From: Schmidtea nova
Taxonomy: Eukaryota
Assembly: GCA_044892505.1 (NCBI GenBank)
Contig: CM097883.1
Location: 83,514,001-83,578,000 of the forward strand
DNA: 64,000 bases
Reading direction: 5' to 3'
Part shown: positions 10,801 through 17,774 of the stretch, piece by piece
Layout: each line of letters opens with the position of its first letter
How positions within the stretch are numbered: position 1 is the first letter of the stretch
Notes under the pieces: generated by a model
The model's input: the letters and a program-made list of their open reading frames with translations, nothing else
Databases searched by the model: none
Told to the model about the DNA's origin: nothing
Position numbers and translations under genes: made by a program

Positions 10801-13800
10801 GACTAACCAATGCGCCAGCATCATTTCAAAGATGTATGAATTTCGTTACCCACGGCATAAAACAATGCATGGTTTACATTGACGACCTACTGATCTACTC
10901 AAGCACATTTGAACAACACATCCAAGATATCAGAGATGTATTTGTTAGATTGAGACAATGGAAACTCAAACTCAAACCATCGAAATGCGATTGGGCAAAG
11001 GAGAAAGTGACATTCTTAGGACATATTGTGTCCGCAAAAGGAAAGGAACCAGATCCCAGAAACATTGATAAAGTAAAAGAATGTCCAGTACCAAAGACGA
11101 TAACGCAGATCCAAGAATTTCTCGGATTATGCGGTTACTATAGAAAATTCATAAAGGATTACGCAGGAATTGCAAAACCAATCCAGGAGCTAGTAAAGAA
11201 AGACGTATCGTTCATATGGGGAAGCGAACAACAAACAGCCTTTGAAACATTGAGAGATAAGCTAATAACTGCACCAATATTGGTTCACCCGGACTTCAAA
11301 AAGCCATTTTTACTCGCAACCGACGCAAGTGGATATGCAGCAGGAGCAGTGTTAGGACAATATGATGACGAGGGAAAAGAGCGGGTAATCGGATATTATA
11401 GCAGAACATTCAAAAAACACGAGAAGAATTATTCAGTAACGGAAAGAGAAGCATTGGCAATAATATTAGCAATAAAACACTTTAAATATCTATTATGGGG
11501 ACACATTATATGCATAACCACGGATCATCAACCACTGGTATGGCTAGGACAACATAAGGAAACATCCAGCAGGTTGATGAGATGGGCGATGCAATTACAA
11601 GAATATTCACCAGATATAAAATTCAAATCAGGAAAAGCGAATGCCAACGCAGATTGCATGTCAAGATTAACGTTTCCAGAATTAACAGACCCAGAAGTGC
11701 AAAGAATATGCATAATGATAGCAGAGGATTTGGATTTCAGTGAGTTAAAGAAAGATCAGCAAGAGGATAAAGAACTAAGACCCATCATAGAATTCCTAAG
11801 CTCACGAAATATGGATGTATTCAAAGACAATGCAGAGTTAAAGGAACACATGAGGAAATACCAACATCGATACACAATAGAAAAAGGATGGTTATTAATA
11901 CGAGATGGAGAGAAACGATTAATGTGTCTGCCAGGTAATAGACGAAAAGAGATAATAACTCAATACCATGACGGAAAGTTGGGAGGACACATGTCCGATA
12001 AGAAAACATTAGATCGCATGAGACAAAAATATTATTGGCCAACAATGGACGAAGACGTAAAGGAATGGATAAAGAACTGTTTAACTTGTGCCACAAGAAA
12101 GGACAGTGGGAAGAAATGGAAAAATCCTTTAAAACCCATGCCAATACCAGCGGAACCAATGACTACCATTGCGATGGATGTAATAGGACCATTGCCAGAA
12201 AGTTTAAACGGGAATCAATATATACTGGTAATAACGGATTATTTGACTAAATTCCCTGAAGCATTTGCGATGCCGGATCAAAAAGCAAAGACCGTAGCAA
12301 GAATTTTAGTAGAGGAAATATGTTGTCGATACGGAACCCCGAAACAAATACTAACAGATCAAGGAACAAATTTTATGAGCGAAATATTAGATGAAGTAAC
12401 AAATTACTTCCGGATAGCTAAATTACGAACGTCACCATATCATCCGCAAACCAATGGACAAACGGAAAGATTTAACGGCACATTGATTCGAATGTTATCC
12501 AATTATGTAAGCAAACACCAAACAGATTGGGATGAATACGTAAAGCTATGTCTAATGGCATACAGAATGTCGATACACGCAGCAACAAAATTGAGTCCAT
12601 TTCAATTAATGTATGGAAGGGAATGCAATATGCCAATAGATCTTGAATATCAACCACCTTTGTCTCAATATATGGAGGAAGATGATTACGTCACCAAATT
12701 CAAAGAACGAATGCAAGAGATATGGAAGACAGCAGAACTGAACATAAAGTTTTACCAAGAAAGTTACAAGGACCTACACGATCAAAAGAAAAATGTTAAA
12801 ACAAATGATCTTAAACCAGGAGATTGGGTAATGATAGAAACCCCAGAAATAATACCAGGAACCGTTAAAAAACTACAAAGACCAGGAAAAGGCCCTTACG
12901 AAGTTATATACAAAAAGGAAAACAATGTGAAGGTAAAACTTGTTAATCGACCATTGATACGACCAATATACGTTAATACATGCAGATGTAAAAATGTACC
13001 AAAGACAATAACCACAGCGCCAGAAGAACGAATAATAACCAGATCCCAGACAGCCAGAATGAATATGCTCAGAGCAACCAATGAAAGTACCGAAGCAGAA
13101 AACAATCAACAAGAAAAAAGAAACAAGGAAATTGTACTAAAAGCCAGAGAAATAATGGGAAGATGGCATGTCAGAGACGATATATTAAGGGATATTCAGT
13201 CGATAATTAGTGATTACGCAAGGGGATTACCAACAAAACCAGTCATTTCAGAACTACTGGAAAAAATTCCAGAAATACTTTCACTAGAAGACATAGGAGG
13301 ACAACCAGCATTACATAACGCCATAAAATGGGGAGAAGTAGAGAGAGTAAAAGAATTTCTAAAAATCGCTAAGGAAACAAACCAACACCTTGGTTTTGGG
13401 AATAGCGAACAAGAAACACCATTAATGGTAGCAGCCATCTACAAATCGGATAAAGCAATAATAGACCTTTTGATAAATGCCGATTTCAACTGGACAGAAC
13501 GCGATAGAGAAAACAAAACAGTCTTGAATCACGCAATATGGAGCTCAAATCAGATAATGCTCAAACAAATAATCGAGAAGGCCACTTGGGAAATAGATGA
13601 ACTGATCAAAGGTGATATAATAAAGGAAGCAATAAAAATCGGTAACTGCAAAACAATACGCAAGCTAATAAAATGGAAAAGATCTGAAAATGATACATGG
13701 GTGTTAAATATAAACGAGGTATACAGTGAAGGACAAAACGCGTTATTACAATTCCTATTAAAATTAGTTTGTGATCAGAAAACACTGTTAATATTATTGG

Positions 13801-16800
13801 ACAGAAGAAAGATCACAATTTCCAAAAACAAAGAGGAGTGTAAATTCGAAAGCGAAAAAGAAGCATTATTCAGGAAAATTAGGGAATGGTGTGCAAAATC
13901 GCTAACCAAGTCGATAACTTACAAAGATATATCCAATTTTCAAGATAAGTACAAAACGGTGGAGGAAGAGTATGACAAACTAGTAGACATATTAAACCAC
14001 CCCGAAAAATGCAAACAATTCCTAGGTCGAAAGGAAAGAGAAAGCAAAAGGAAATTTACACCACTTTTCAGCGCAGAGGTACCATATCAAGAAAGGTTAG
14101 ATGCGATACAGGACAAAGCAAAAGAACTATTACCAGAATTCGAGAATTCTAAACATACACTGGAGATACTCGGATCAATTGTGGAAAAGGTACACGCATA
14201 TGCGGAAGGAACTTACAATGAAAACGATATGATGATCATAAAAAGAGAAATGCCAGTGACTTTCTTATTAACAAAAAATGGAGTATTGCCAATACATAGA
14301 GCCTTACGAGCAGGAAAAGATAGGAGGGTAGTCGAAATTGCACGGTTGATGCAAGATTGCGGAAGTGACATGAACATGAAAGATAAAAAGGGAGATACCC
14401 TCATGATATTCGCAGCAAGAGCGAACACAAAAACCCGAGTGTTACAGGAACTGTACGAAGCAGGTGCAGGACTCATGGGAAGAACTAACAAAGACAGCTC
14501 AATACTAGACGTAGCGTTGTTAGCGCACAATTGGGAGGTGATAAATTTCATAAAAACAATCACAAATCAGGAGGAAATAGAATACCTTACAAGGACAGTT
14601 AAAAAAGCTAGCGTACATTCCATGATGCATAACGCTGAACTAACTGAAGCAATACTCAATTGGATGAACCCAAACACCAATGAACCAGCATTCAGGATCA
14701 ACGAGTGCATGGAACAAGGCCAAAATTTGTATATAAAGTGTGCATTAATAATAAACAAATGGCCAAAGATAATAGATATCTTCATGAGAAGAAAAGATTT
14801 ACGATTCACAAACAACCCAAAGGAAACAGAACGTACGGACAAATGGAAAGAACTAATGAAAACGTACCTTAATAATTGGATAAAAGCCAAGAAAGAGATT
14901 CTAGATTGTAAATTAACCGATAAGGAAATACCTAAGCAGGCAGTAACACAAGAATATGAAGCAAGTATACTCACAACCATAACGTATGAAAAAATGATAG
15001 AAGCAATTAATGTCGAGGACGACATTTTCAACGACCAAAGGGGAGGCGACAATACAGGAAACGACGACGATAGTACTCGAGAAAATCCAGAGGATCATGA
15101 GTTATCAGATGAAGAGGACAGTGAAGAGAAAGGAAGGGACACAGAGAAAAATGATAAGAAAAATGAATTTGGGAAACAAAGAAACAACAACTATAAAAAT
15201 AAAAACGAAGCAAAAAGAACAGGCTACAAACAAACAATAAACCCATTCTTTAAACCAGAACTATTATTACTAACGGTAATCATGACCTTAATTAGTCCAA
15301 CTCAAGGGATGATATGTGAAGAAAGAGCGACAATACAAATTGGAAACGCAAAAGGAATCGAACGAGTATGTTGGTCAAAAAAGGACAAAATATCGGGACA
15401 AAATAGTCCAATGGATTGCAGGATCTCAGAATATGAACAAGAAATCATAGAGATCGATGACTTAGAGCTAGATACTTGGTACAAAATATGCACCATCAGA
15501 AAACAAAAGAATCCAAGATCACACAACACAATAGCATGTGCAAACTACCTAACGCCCAAAGTAACCATAACAATACAGCAGTCATCCAAAGGAGACTATG
15601 TTGTAGGAAAGTGTGGAAGAACAGAGACACAAGGAACAAAAAACAAGAAACCTCAGACAATAGACAGACGAACAACGCCAACTATACAAATTACCATAGA
15701 CAGGCCCGAAGTAAGAGTAACCACAAATGAAACCGAAAGAGTGACCTACCAAACAGAATTACTATGTTTAGCACTCATATTAACAATGTTAAAACGGTTA
15801 GAAGAAGGGATAGACATTGACACAATGGCAGTAACAGAGATGAACGACACCCAAAACACCAACCCAAAGTGTTGGGCCAGAAGCAACGAAGAAATTGGCG
15901 TAAGCGAAATAAAGACGAGTCGGAAAAGGAAAACAAATAAAGTAACCAAGATATCAGAAGTAAAAGCAGACAGGACGTATGAACTATGTTTACTAGAAAA
16001 AGAAAGACACAAGAAAGGAACGACAATTTGTAAAACATTTCAACCTGGGGAAACAATAAAGTTCATAAGAAGAAGAAGAAGAAATATACGCACCAAACGG
16101 AGGACAACTACAATGTTAGAGTTAACCGGAATAGAACCGGACGTCAAAGGCGTATGCTGGAAGAAGCAGGAAAAGAAAACAAACCAGAATACACCGCCGC
16201 AATGTCGAACAAACAGAGGAACAACCACAATACAGATAGAAGGGTTAGAAAGTAATCAAACGTACGAAATATGCCTGATTAGGAAAAGCGACAAAATAAC
16301 AGTAAATGAATTGGAATGCAAATTATATAAAACACCCACCAGAACAAGAGTTGGAAAGACAACGCGAAAAAGTAGAAGACAACGGAACAAAGGAAAAGCG
16401 AGGTATACCACTACCTTTAAACCTAATGGACAACAGAAAAACCAAGAAATACAAAGAAAAACCGAAAAGAATACTACAACAACTCTTATACTATGGAGAA
16501 TAGACAATAAAACGTTAGAAATATGTTGGGCAGTAGTTCAGGAACAAAAAGAAAGACAGCCACGATACTGCGAAAACGTAAAAGGAAAAGAAGAAATGAG
16601 TATCAAAAATCTGAAATTTAATAGAGAATACGAGATATGTGCGGTAGAAAAGACGGACATATTAGGAAATCAGCAGGAAAGATGCGAAACGTACTACACA
16701 CCGGTAAACTCAACGTCCAAAGGGAAAGTGAGAAAACTCGAATTTAAAGAATTAAGTCAGACAACGAAACAAATGGACGCGGAACAAGTAGTAATAGACC

Positions 16801-17201
16801 CTTACGCAAGATGGACGCCAGAAGAAGTAATTAAAGAAGTTAAAAGAAAACAACAAGAACGAGAACAATTACTAAATAAACTAAAGGGACAATACGGACC
16901 AATGATTAACCAGAGTGAAATTACGAAGATGGACGTAAACAAACAAGTTAGAGAACTAATTGGTCTAGGAATACTAGCAGCAACTATTCCAGTAATAACA
17001 GTATTATTAATAATATGGATATATGATGTATTCAACAAGAAACCAATAACACATTGGCCAGATATAAAGATTATGAACTACAGTATAGAATTACCGGAAG
17101 AAGTACAGAAAGAATTCCAAAGGAGGACGAAAGGTAAAGAATTTTGGAGACAAATAGAAGATGAAGAGCGATACGAAGGAAAGACAGTGATGGTGATATA
17201 G
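1818..17201 (+). CDS. 5127-aa Gag-accessory-Env-Pol-accessory polyprotein
   Basis: Uninterrupted ORF (open from 1785, TTG at 1818, first in-frame ATG at 2244). Contains CCHC x3, DTGA protease, YIDD RT, RNase H (TDAS...EALA...TDH), HHCC/DDE/GPY integrase and extra domains. Confidence 0.97.
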   Translation: MRKGEKSVIIKPAEKNKATKNNNQKGLKGSKARQIIIQKSIIENDKLSVTSNSSSNKENQAEPERNPISEIEVDKTNNDYIEEIEDEVEQETESDDTDNDSKASDNESAKETEIDRNSSDEPNSELETRGNESKITTDSGIEMSEPREEIKDKFSGEPFNGDASKLETFLKEFGIFVEVCKWKPETTVSRIQLYLKDSALDLYLEAKNGTNPPTSWSAIKDFFQQTFGINKVLNEAFTEFSMRKQKINESNAVYASELKKLAKLIFNQDSPINEELMAAIFVGGLRRPDIRAQVGCQGCKTIDQALETANRFELHMIGNDGRIYLAMDTAQNEQEVNLNNHIPNSQQLNRPPPQRRNEGNKVSNFGNQSNYNPQGPTKQCKTCGKLGHWQQECYQNLNCGKCGVKGHSESRCYTITCFNCGRPGHLSRNCGQRSNQRGNWQNTGNRQNYGNQPTGGNRQNYGNQPNNGNQPEYGNQPNSNNNNQNKNTTKEIHLMQEVQRLTELINNTTRGNPQTGQQQINMMRKIESENERLNRESQARHAQEWARVQREEEQKQQERERQPLRINMMRATNQANTHEKETVPEINPTNLNPTNNESRKEIVPGSEETEIEKEVETEANQEEKRMIWKKGMMVILPNGHMFRFQYNIKEEVGTLFNKVNEMAPGVTKLPREAFLKIEGAPEVKLKLTDTWENMGVVETKRNVMVIKEMEPEGIPSPVRHETRISRIFKGKMIRRRLGEIDELERKMRKVEVVDDKSESTQKAIKSETRPTENTPSEINQIKHINMLRGQAKNFSDDEEDSDVSSLAGDMLNEPEIEDKKIEVVKTPETIQVKEDEIQKLLDNALEVIYNEEFIDKKHYRKFMRAILQMNYKEWLPGREVETLSQYVGKLLKEPLHEYIILIEIKTCLPRIWIKTPLTEDIYQWVEDRLGSSYKNKFLYSQNGLVKKRTHLIETGIWPGEVTTLSICDDKREENLQEVAKEANTCFEKKIKPRLEYEKGRILRGNLNSMIEQIIPQIKKHRKELMRSEYERLKRCIECIRDTSHTRWSQISYGKVVAKMGKAMFRQGKITDLKISVELPNEDTKEIEVVADCTIKELVNVINETLLQREPEEEWEDDIIMKYNEHVLWDHDERRLYKIGIWDNHQTIHVIRMDDTPRETAKDEKRERERQKEVVHKLQQIVDIYRNWRIWPEWEDVLEELNLNRRLRTPVEKQWNERGKCWEPKAGEYEEEYGIGIEDDHKPETGRVCMVTRKAMPADLDGPETTTMWLEREKQKTEEFVEILKTNAHGKRKLVKGLADFFVVNGEDITCLRKVAKAIAEYKRVNEWCPEQLDQVIKKWRNQEFSQESPQKVHLRIVYPDQEKEEFWVGIAEKVRDIKKKLRYEPPFHLQHQGRSLDNSLEIGITPAQLDIANTLTVAAIAGQPLKLKEEKKPKGSMSTPSPMKSVMTPGTSSEQARTTPRETRERTPPEPYDVDEIFTDSDDMLEELIELTKEKDDNIFERIQELPTAIPVTNTEDEVEQEIIIEEVNEIAEEEARRANVENVQFTQEMERWLEERANEPRDVTEETGRETRLVETGTTMDKRPRGRPKMDPANVVIKSREEKRRDQWDLCLKKLNKIAETKEKETTQTYQGEEWISKTLMEILAIIDPELKKWWRINEISERAKSLHSAIAPILPELIKEKTRSNHLDWQGTTMLIKKLTEGAETDNKYLIAMAYTIYNLLTLSRGRLKPTALERHIKNTAKIIEKEIEPYIISKGGWETFTKTNQKKNQAKNMKRKFEEILGELEKEKSGTGNGKSSLNLSSIIMMMLIWMISTDGATAFEVFDCDQMALGEKYSLRGTEQCKDATPTELKTLKKRQLYHVYQEAELIRTMVRECKVYKTRFAFYCGHRHYSAIVMPGTERESVMLQGEDCEKLFKHGEVETRDRVKIRGKTGVILQQTYYVAGAITGGEGYCQGATYPIFGVAATNLVVIDTYTVELKTYEAFFDPTTGEMKTLPMCKIESNTCQTGMSTLTYQIRGKECQLQLLKEAEFDEIQGKTFQEEEEDEAARGKILQDTVRGEKKIETRTQEKQIKMRNTPTVLITSDADIGMRFVKGKTALKCGVAMLETNYPGIFVSKQEVPSAKRKVHTNDVKLHLYMNNKMDFLFHRGQASLQKVYYDLINNDCILNREILKTKLAVAITNPDSAMPLLPLREGHFGRVVGEVMYVYICKKTNAKVATMTKLQPSQCTNELEIEYKGKVRYVQPVTRIINPVSFEPNPFNCSNAYGPLYQKPDGNWVMFPSRTEVPAPREFELMQLSKGRKFKDVDVSNMGFYSAKDLEAARQNILFPARREAVLSSIVTITGGTNYQGGPNYELLLSPAHFKKATENMMKAMWGRFLIFGQMMAGILGVILIIQIIRVIITQMLACFDIYKREKKVNWKLVVGFLPFLAKTMVLHGHSKDIHRIKRLLKILAKMKGTDEEVGRKFKKIMNNEQARQQLKKERKGLWERMKGYRTQDDSSDDDDDDNEGGQVFKNQVPQYVEKNPAEMWKCYAPPPTMYQEPTPGMRQNTMQMMPMTNIYPMIPEDYRTRRCRSVDPQGDSHTIAVMSSNTGPVLTTTIEINGREIEAMIDTGANISAIDIKWIPQEQRRDIERTNVHVIACSKEVVEVAGRWWVKIKHQNTEIETYVAVIPALSVPCIIGTDLMPALFKEIVIDLGTMRLKDRTGQICAIEAKVTSSKQIIVPARREKICFVKIDPTIEGDMIFEPSKRFEKRKSLPMARGLVSANDNGEIPINVVNFDEEDKIIYENERLGKLTPMIDIEIPIKEGVKEEEPTWNIDSQLLNEDQKKQLERLLMEYKDIFAASDLDLGTCDVTLHTIPLTDETPIALRPYKLAEAQKSVAEAEVQKMLDAEVIEPSCSPWQFPVVMVKKKDGTQRFCIDYRRLNAVTKRDTYPLPDINEMLLTLQGAAYFTSLDLKSGYWQIKMKEEDKEKTAFTIGRDLYQFRKMPFGLTNAPASFQRCMNFVTHGIKQCMVYIDDLLIYSSTFEQHIQDIRDVFVRLRQWKLKLKPSKCDWAKEKVTFLGHIVSAKGKEPDPRNIDKVKECPVPKTITQIQEFLGLCGYYRKFIKDYAGIAKPIQELVKKDVSFIWGSEQQTAFETLRDKLITAPILVHPDFKKPFLLATDASGYAAGAVLGQYDDEGKERVIGYYSRTFKKHEKNYSVTEREALAIILAIKHFKYLLWGHIICITTDHQPLVWLGQHKETSSRLMRWAMQLQEYSPDIKFKSGKANANADCMSRLTFPELTDPEVQRICIMIAEDLDFSELKKDQQEDKELRPIIEFLSSRNMDVFKDNAELKEHMRKYQHRYTIEKGWLLIRDGEKRLMCLPGNRRKEIITQYHDGKLGGHMSDKKTLDRMRQKYYWPTMDEDVKEWIKNCLTCATRKDSGKKWKNPLKPMPIPAEPMTTIAMDVIGPLPESLNGNQYILVITDYLTKFPEAFAMPDQKAKTVARILVEEICCRYGTPKQILTDQGTNFMSEILDEVTNYFRIAKLRTSPYHPQTNGQTERFNGTLIRMLSNYVSKHQTDWDEYVKLCLMAYRMSIHAATKLSPFQLMYGRECNMPIDLEYQPPLSQYMEEDDYVTKFKERMQEIWKTAELNIKFYQESYKDLHDQKKNVKTNDLKPGDWVMIETPEIIPGTVKKLQRPGKGPYEVIYKKENNVKVKLVNRPLIRPIYVNTCRCKNVPKTITTAPEERIITRSQTARMNMLRATNESTEAENNQQEKRNKEIVLKAREIMGRWHVRDDILRDIQSIISDYARGLPTKPVISELLEKIPEILSLEDIGGQPALHNAIKWGEVERVKEFLKIAKETNQHLGFGNSEQETPLMVAAIYKSDKAIIDLLINADFNWTERDRENKTVLNHAIWSSNQIMLKQIIEKATWEIDELIKGDIIKEAIKIGNCKTIRKLIKWKRSENDTWVLNINEVYSEGQNALLQFLLKLVCDQKTLLILLDRRKITISKNKEECKFESEKEALFRKIREWCAKSLTKSITYKDISNFQDKYKTVEEEYDKLVDILNHPEKCKQFLGRKERESKRKFTPLFSAEVPYQERLDAIQDKAKELLPEFENSKHTLEILGSIVEKVHAYAEGTYNENDMMIIKREMPVTFLLTKNGVLPIHRALRAGKDRRVVEIARLMQDCGSDMNMKDKKGDTLMIFAARANTKTRVLQELYEAGAGLMGRTNKDSSILDVALLAHNWEVINFIKTITNQEEIEYLTRTVKKASVHSMMHNAELTEAILNWMNPNTNEPAFRINECMEQGQNLYIKCALIINKWPKIIDIFMRRKDLRFTNNPKETERTDKWKELMKTYLNNWIKAKKEILDCKLTDKEIPKQAVTQEYEASILTTITYEKMIEAINVEDDIFNDQRGGDNTGNDDDSTRENPEDHELSDEEDSEEKGRDTEKNDKKNEFGKQRNNNYKNKNEAKRTGYKQTINPFFKPELLLLTVIMTLISPTQGMICEERATIQIGNAKGIERVCWSKKDKISGQNSPMDCRISEYEQEIIEIDDLELDTWYKICTIRKQKNPRSHNTIACANYLTPKVTITIQQSSKGDYVVGKCGRTETQGTKNKKPQTIDRRTTPTIQITIDRPEVRVTTNETERVTYQTELLCLALILTMLKRLEEGIDIDTMAVTEMNDTQNTNPKCWARSNEEIGVSEIKTSRKRKTNKVTKISEVKADRTYELCLLEKERHKKGTTICKTFQPGETIKFIRRRRRNIRTKRRTTTMLELTGIEPDVKGVCWKKQEKKTNQNTPPQCRTNRGTTTIQIEGLESNQTYEICLIRKSDKITVNELECKLYKTPTRTRVGKTTRKSRRQRNKGKARYTTTFKPNGQQKNQEIQRKTEKNTTTTLILWRIDNKTLEICWAVVQEQKERQPRYCENVKGKEEMSIKNLKFNREYEICAVEKTDILGNQQERCETYYTPVNSTSKGKVRKLEFKELSQTTKQMDAEQVVIDPYARWTPEEVIKEVKRKQQEREQLLNKLKGQYGPMINQSEITKMDVNKQVRELIGLGILAATIPVITVLLIIWIYDVFNKKPITHWPDIKIMNYSIELPEEVQKEFQRRTKGKEFWRQIEDEERYEGKTVMVI
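2244..3110 (+). other. gag: Gag capsid plus three CX2CX4HX4C zinc knuckles (2955-3107)
   Basis: FSGEPFNGDASKLETFLKEF...; CKTCGKLGHWQQEC, CGKCGVKGHSESRC, CFNCGRPGHLSRNC. Confidence 0.93.
3711..6070 (+). other. Three putative ubiquitin-like domains (about 3711-3930, 5031-5275, 5868-6070) in the Gag-Env spacer
   Basis: LKISVELPNEDTKEIEVVADCTIKELVNVINE...IIMKYNEHVLWD..RRLYKIGIWDNHQTIHVIR and KVHLRIVYPDQEKEEFWVGIAEKVRDIKKKL...LQHQGRSLD follow the beta-grasp ubiquitin pattern; the first copy is weaker. Confidence 0.6.
6564..6587 (+). other. AT-hook motif
   Basis: KRPRGRPK. Confidence 0.7.
6720..7110 (+). other. Bcl-2-like domain inside the polyprotein
   Basis: Helical domain ending IEPYIISKGGWETF (BH2-like, cf. 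WIQDNGGWDAF), with a BH1-position segment DNKYLIAMAYTIY upstream. Confidence 0.72.
7221..9135 (+). other. env: Envelope glycoprotein, chuvirus-like / class III (gB-type), with internal signal peptide and C-terminal TM
   Basis: Signal LSSIIMMMLIWMISTDGATA|FEVFDC; CKVYKTRFAFYCGHRHYSAIV; LYMNNKMDF; DCILNREILK; GEVMYVYIC; CTNEL; GFYSAKDLEAARQNILFP; TM WGRFLIFGQMMAGILGVILIIQII. These match chuviral glycoprotein motifs as recalled. Confidence 0.82.
9600..9930 (+). other. Retropepsin aspartic protease
   Basis: IEAMIDTGANISAID...CIIGTDLM. Confidence 0.95.
10430..11660 (+). other. pol: Reverse transcriptase and RNase H (Ty3/gypsy type)
   Basis: RFCIDYRRLN, YPLP, LDLKSGYWQI, MPFGLTNAPASFQ, YIDDLL, FLGH, ATDASG, YSVTEREALA, TDHQPL. 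Confidence 0.98.
11950..13000 (+). other. Integrase (HHCC, DDE, GPY/F)
   Basis: HDGKLGGH...CLTC; MDVIG; TDQGTNF; NGQTERFN; KGPYEV. Confidence 0.97.
13290..14560 (+). other. Two clusters of ankyrin-like repeats after the integrase
   Basis: GGQPALHNAIKWG, QETPLMVAAIY, NKTVLNHAIWS, NGVLPIHRAL, KGDTLMIFAA, DSSILDVALL. Confidence 0.85.
15255..17201 (+). other. C-terminal type I membrane protein: signal peptide, 4 FN3-like repeats, TM (16956-17024), cytoplasmic tail
   Basis: PELLLLTVIMTLISPTQG|MIC; four units of CW...I..L....YEIC...C (e.g. IEGLESNQTYEICL); TM LIGLGILAATIPVITVLLIIWIY. Confidence 0.7.
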
Positions 17202-17326
17202 GAGGCGGGATATGACTGTAAATAATAGTGTAAATAACAATGCATTACCGTAATAGTATGGGTATCGATATTATAAAAATATAAAAAGAGAAATCGAGAA
17301 AACGATTAATGTATATAATTTAGAAA

Positions 17327-17683
17327 ATGAACGAACAGGAAGAAATAGCAGAAACTACTATGGCTATGCGATGGAAAGCCCAGTGTGACATGTTAATACG
17401 AACAATCAACTCACTACAAAATCAGTTAATTGAGAAACAGAATTTGTTATCCGAAAGTTATAATAATAGTTTTGAACAACTCCACAGAATCGAGGAGCAA
17501 CAGAGATTGATAACGCAACTTACCAGAGAGAATCAAGTGATGAGCGACATAAATCAGAGACAAGCAATAGAGATAGACCGTTTAACAATGGGAGAGACAG
17601 AAGAAGCAGAGGATGGATGGACAAATTGGGCAATAAACAGATCAGAAAATGACCCAGAACCAGATTCAACAAACGAGCCGTAG
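17327..17683 (+). CDS. Accessory ORF A, 118 aa coiled-coil protein of unknown function
   Basis: ATG-initiated, heptad-rich, same codon bias as the polyprotein, inside the element. Confidence 0.7.
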   Translation: MNEQEEIAETTMAMRWKAQCDMLIRTINSLQNQLIEKQNLLSESYNNSFEQLHRIEEQQRLITQLTRENQVMSDINQRQAIEIDRLTMGETEEAEDGWTNWAINRSENDPEPDSTNEP

Positions 17684-17774
17684 ATAAATAAAGCGAAAAA
17701 TTGTAAATATGTAAAAACAAAAACAAGAAAAATCAAAAAATAGATAACAAATCAAGTGTATATATCATTGTAGA

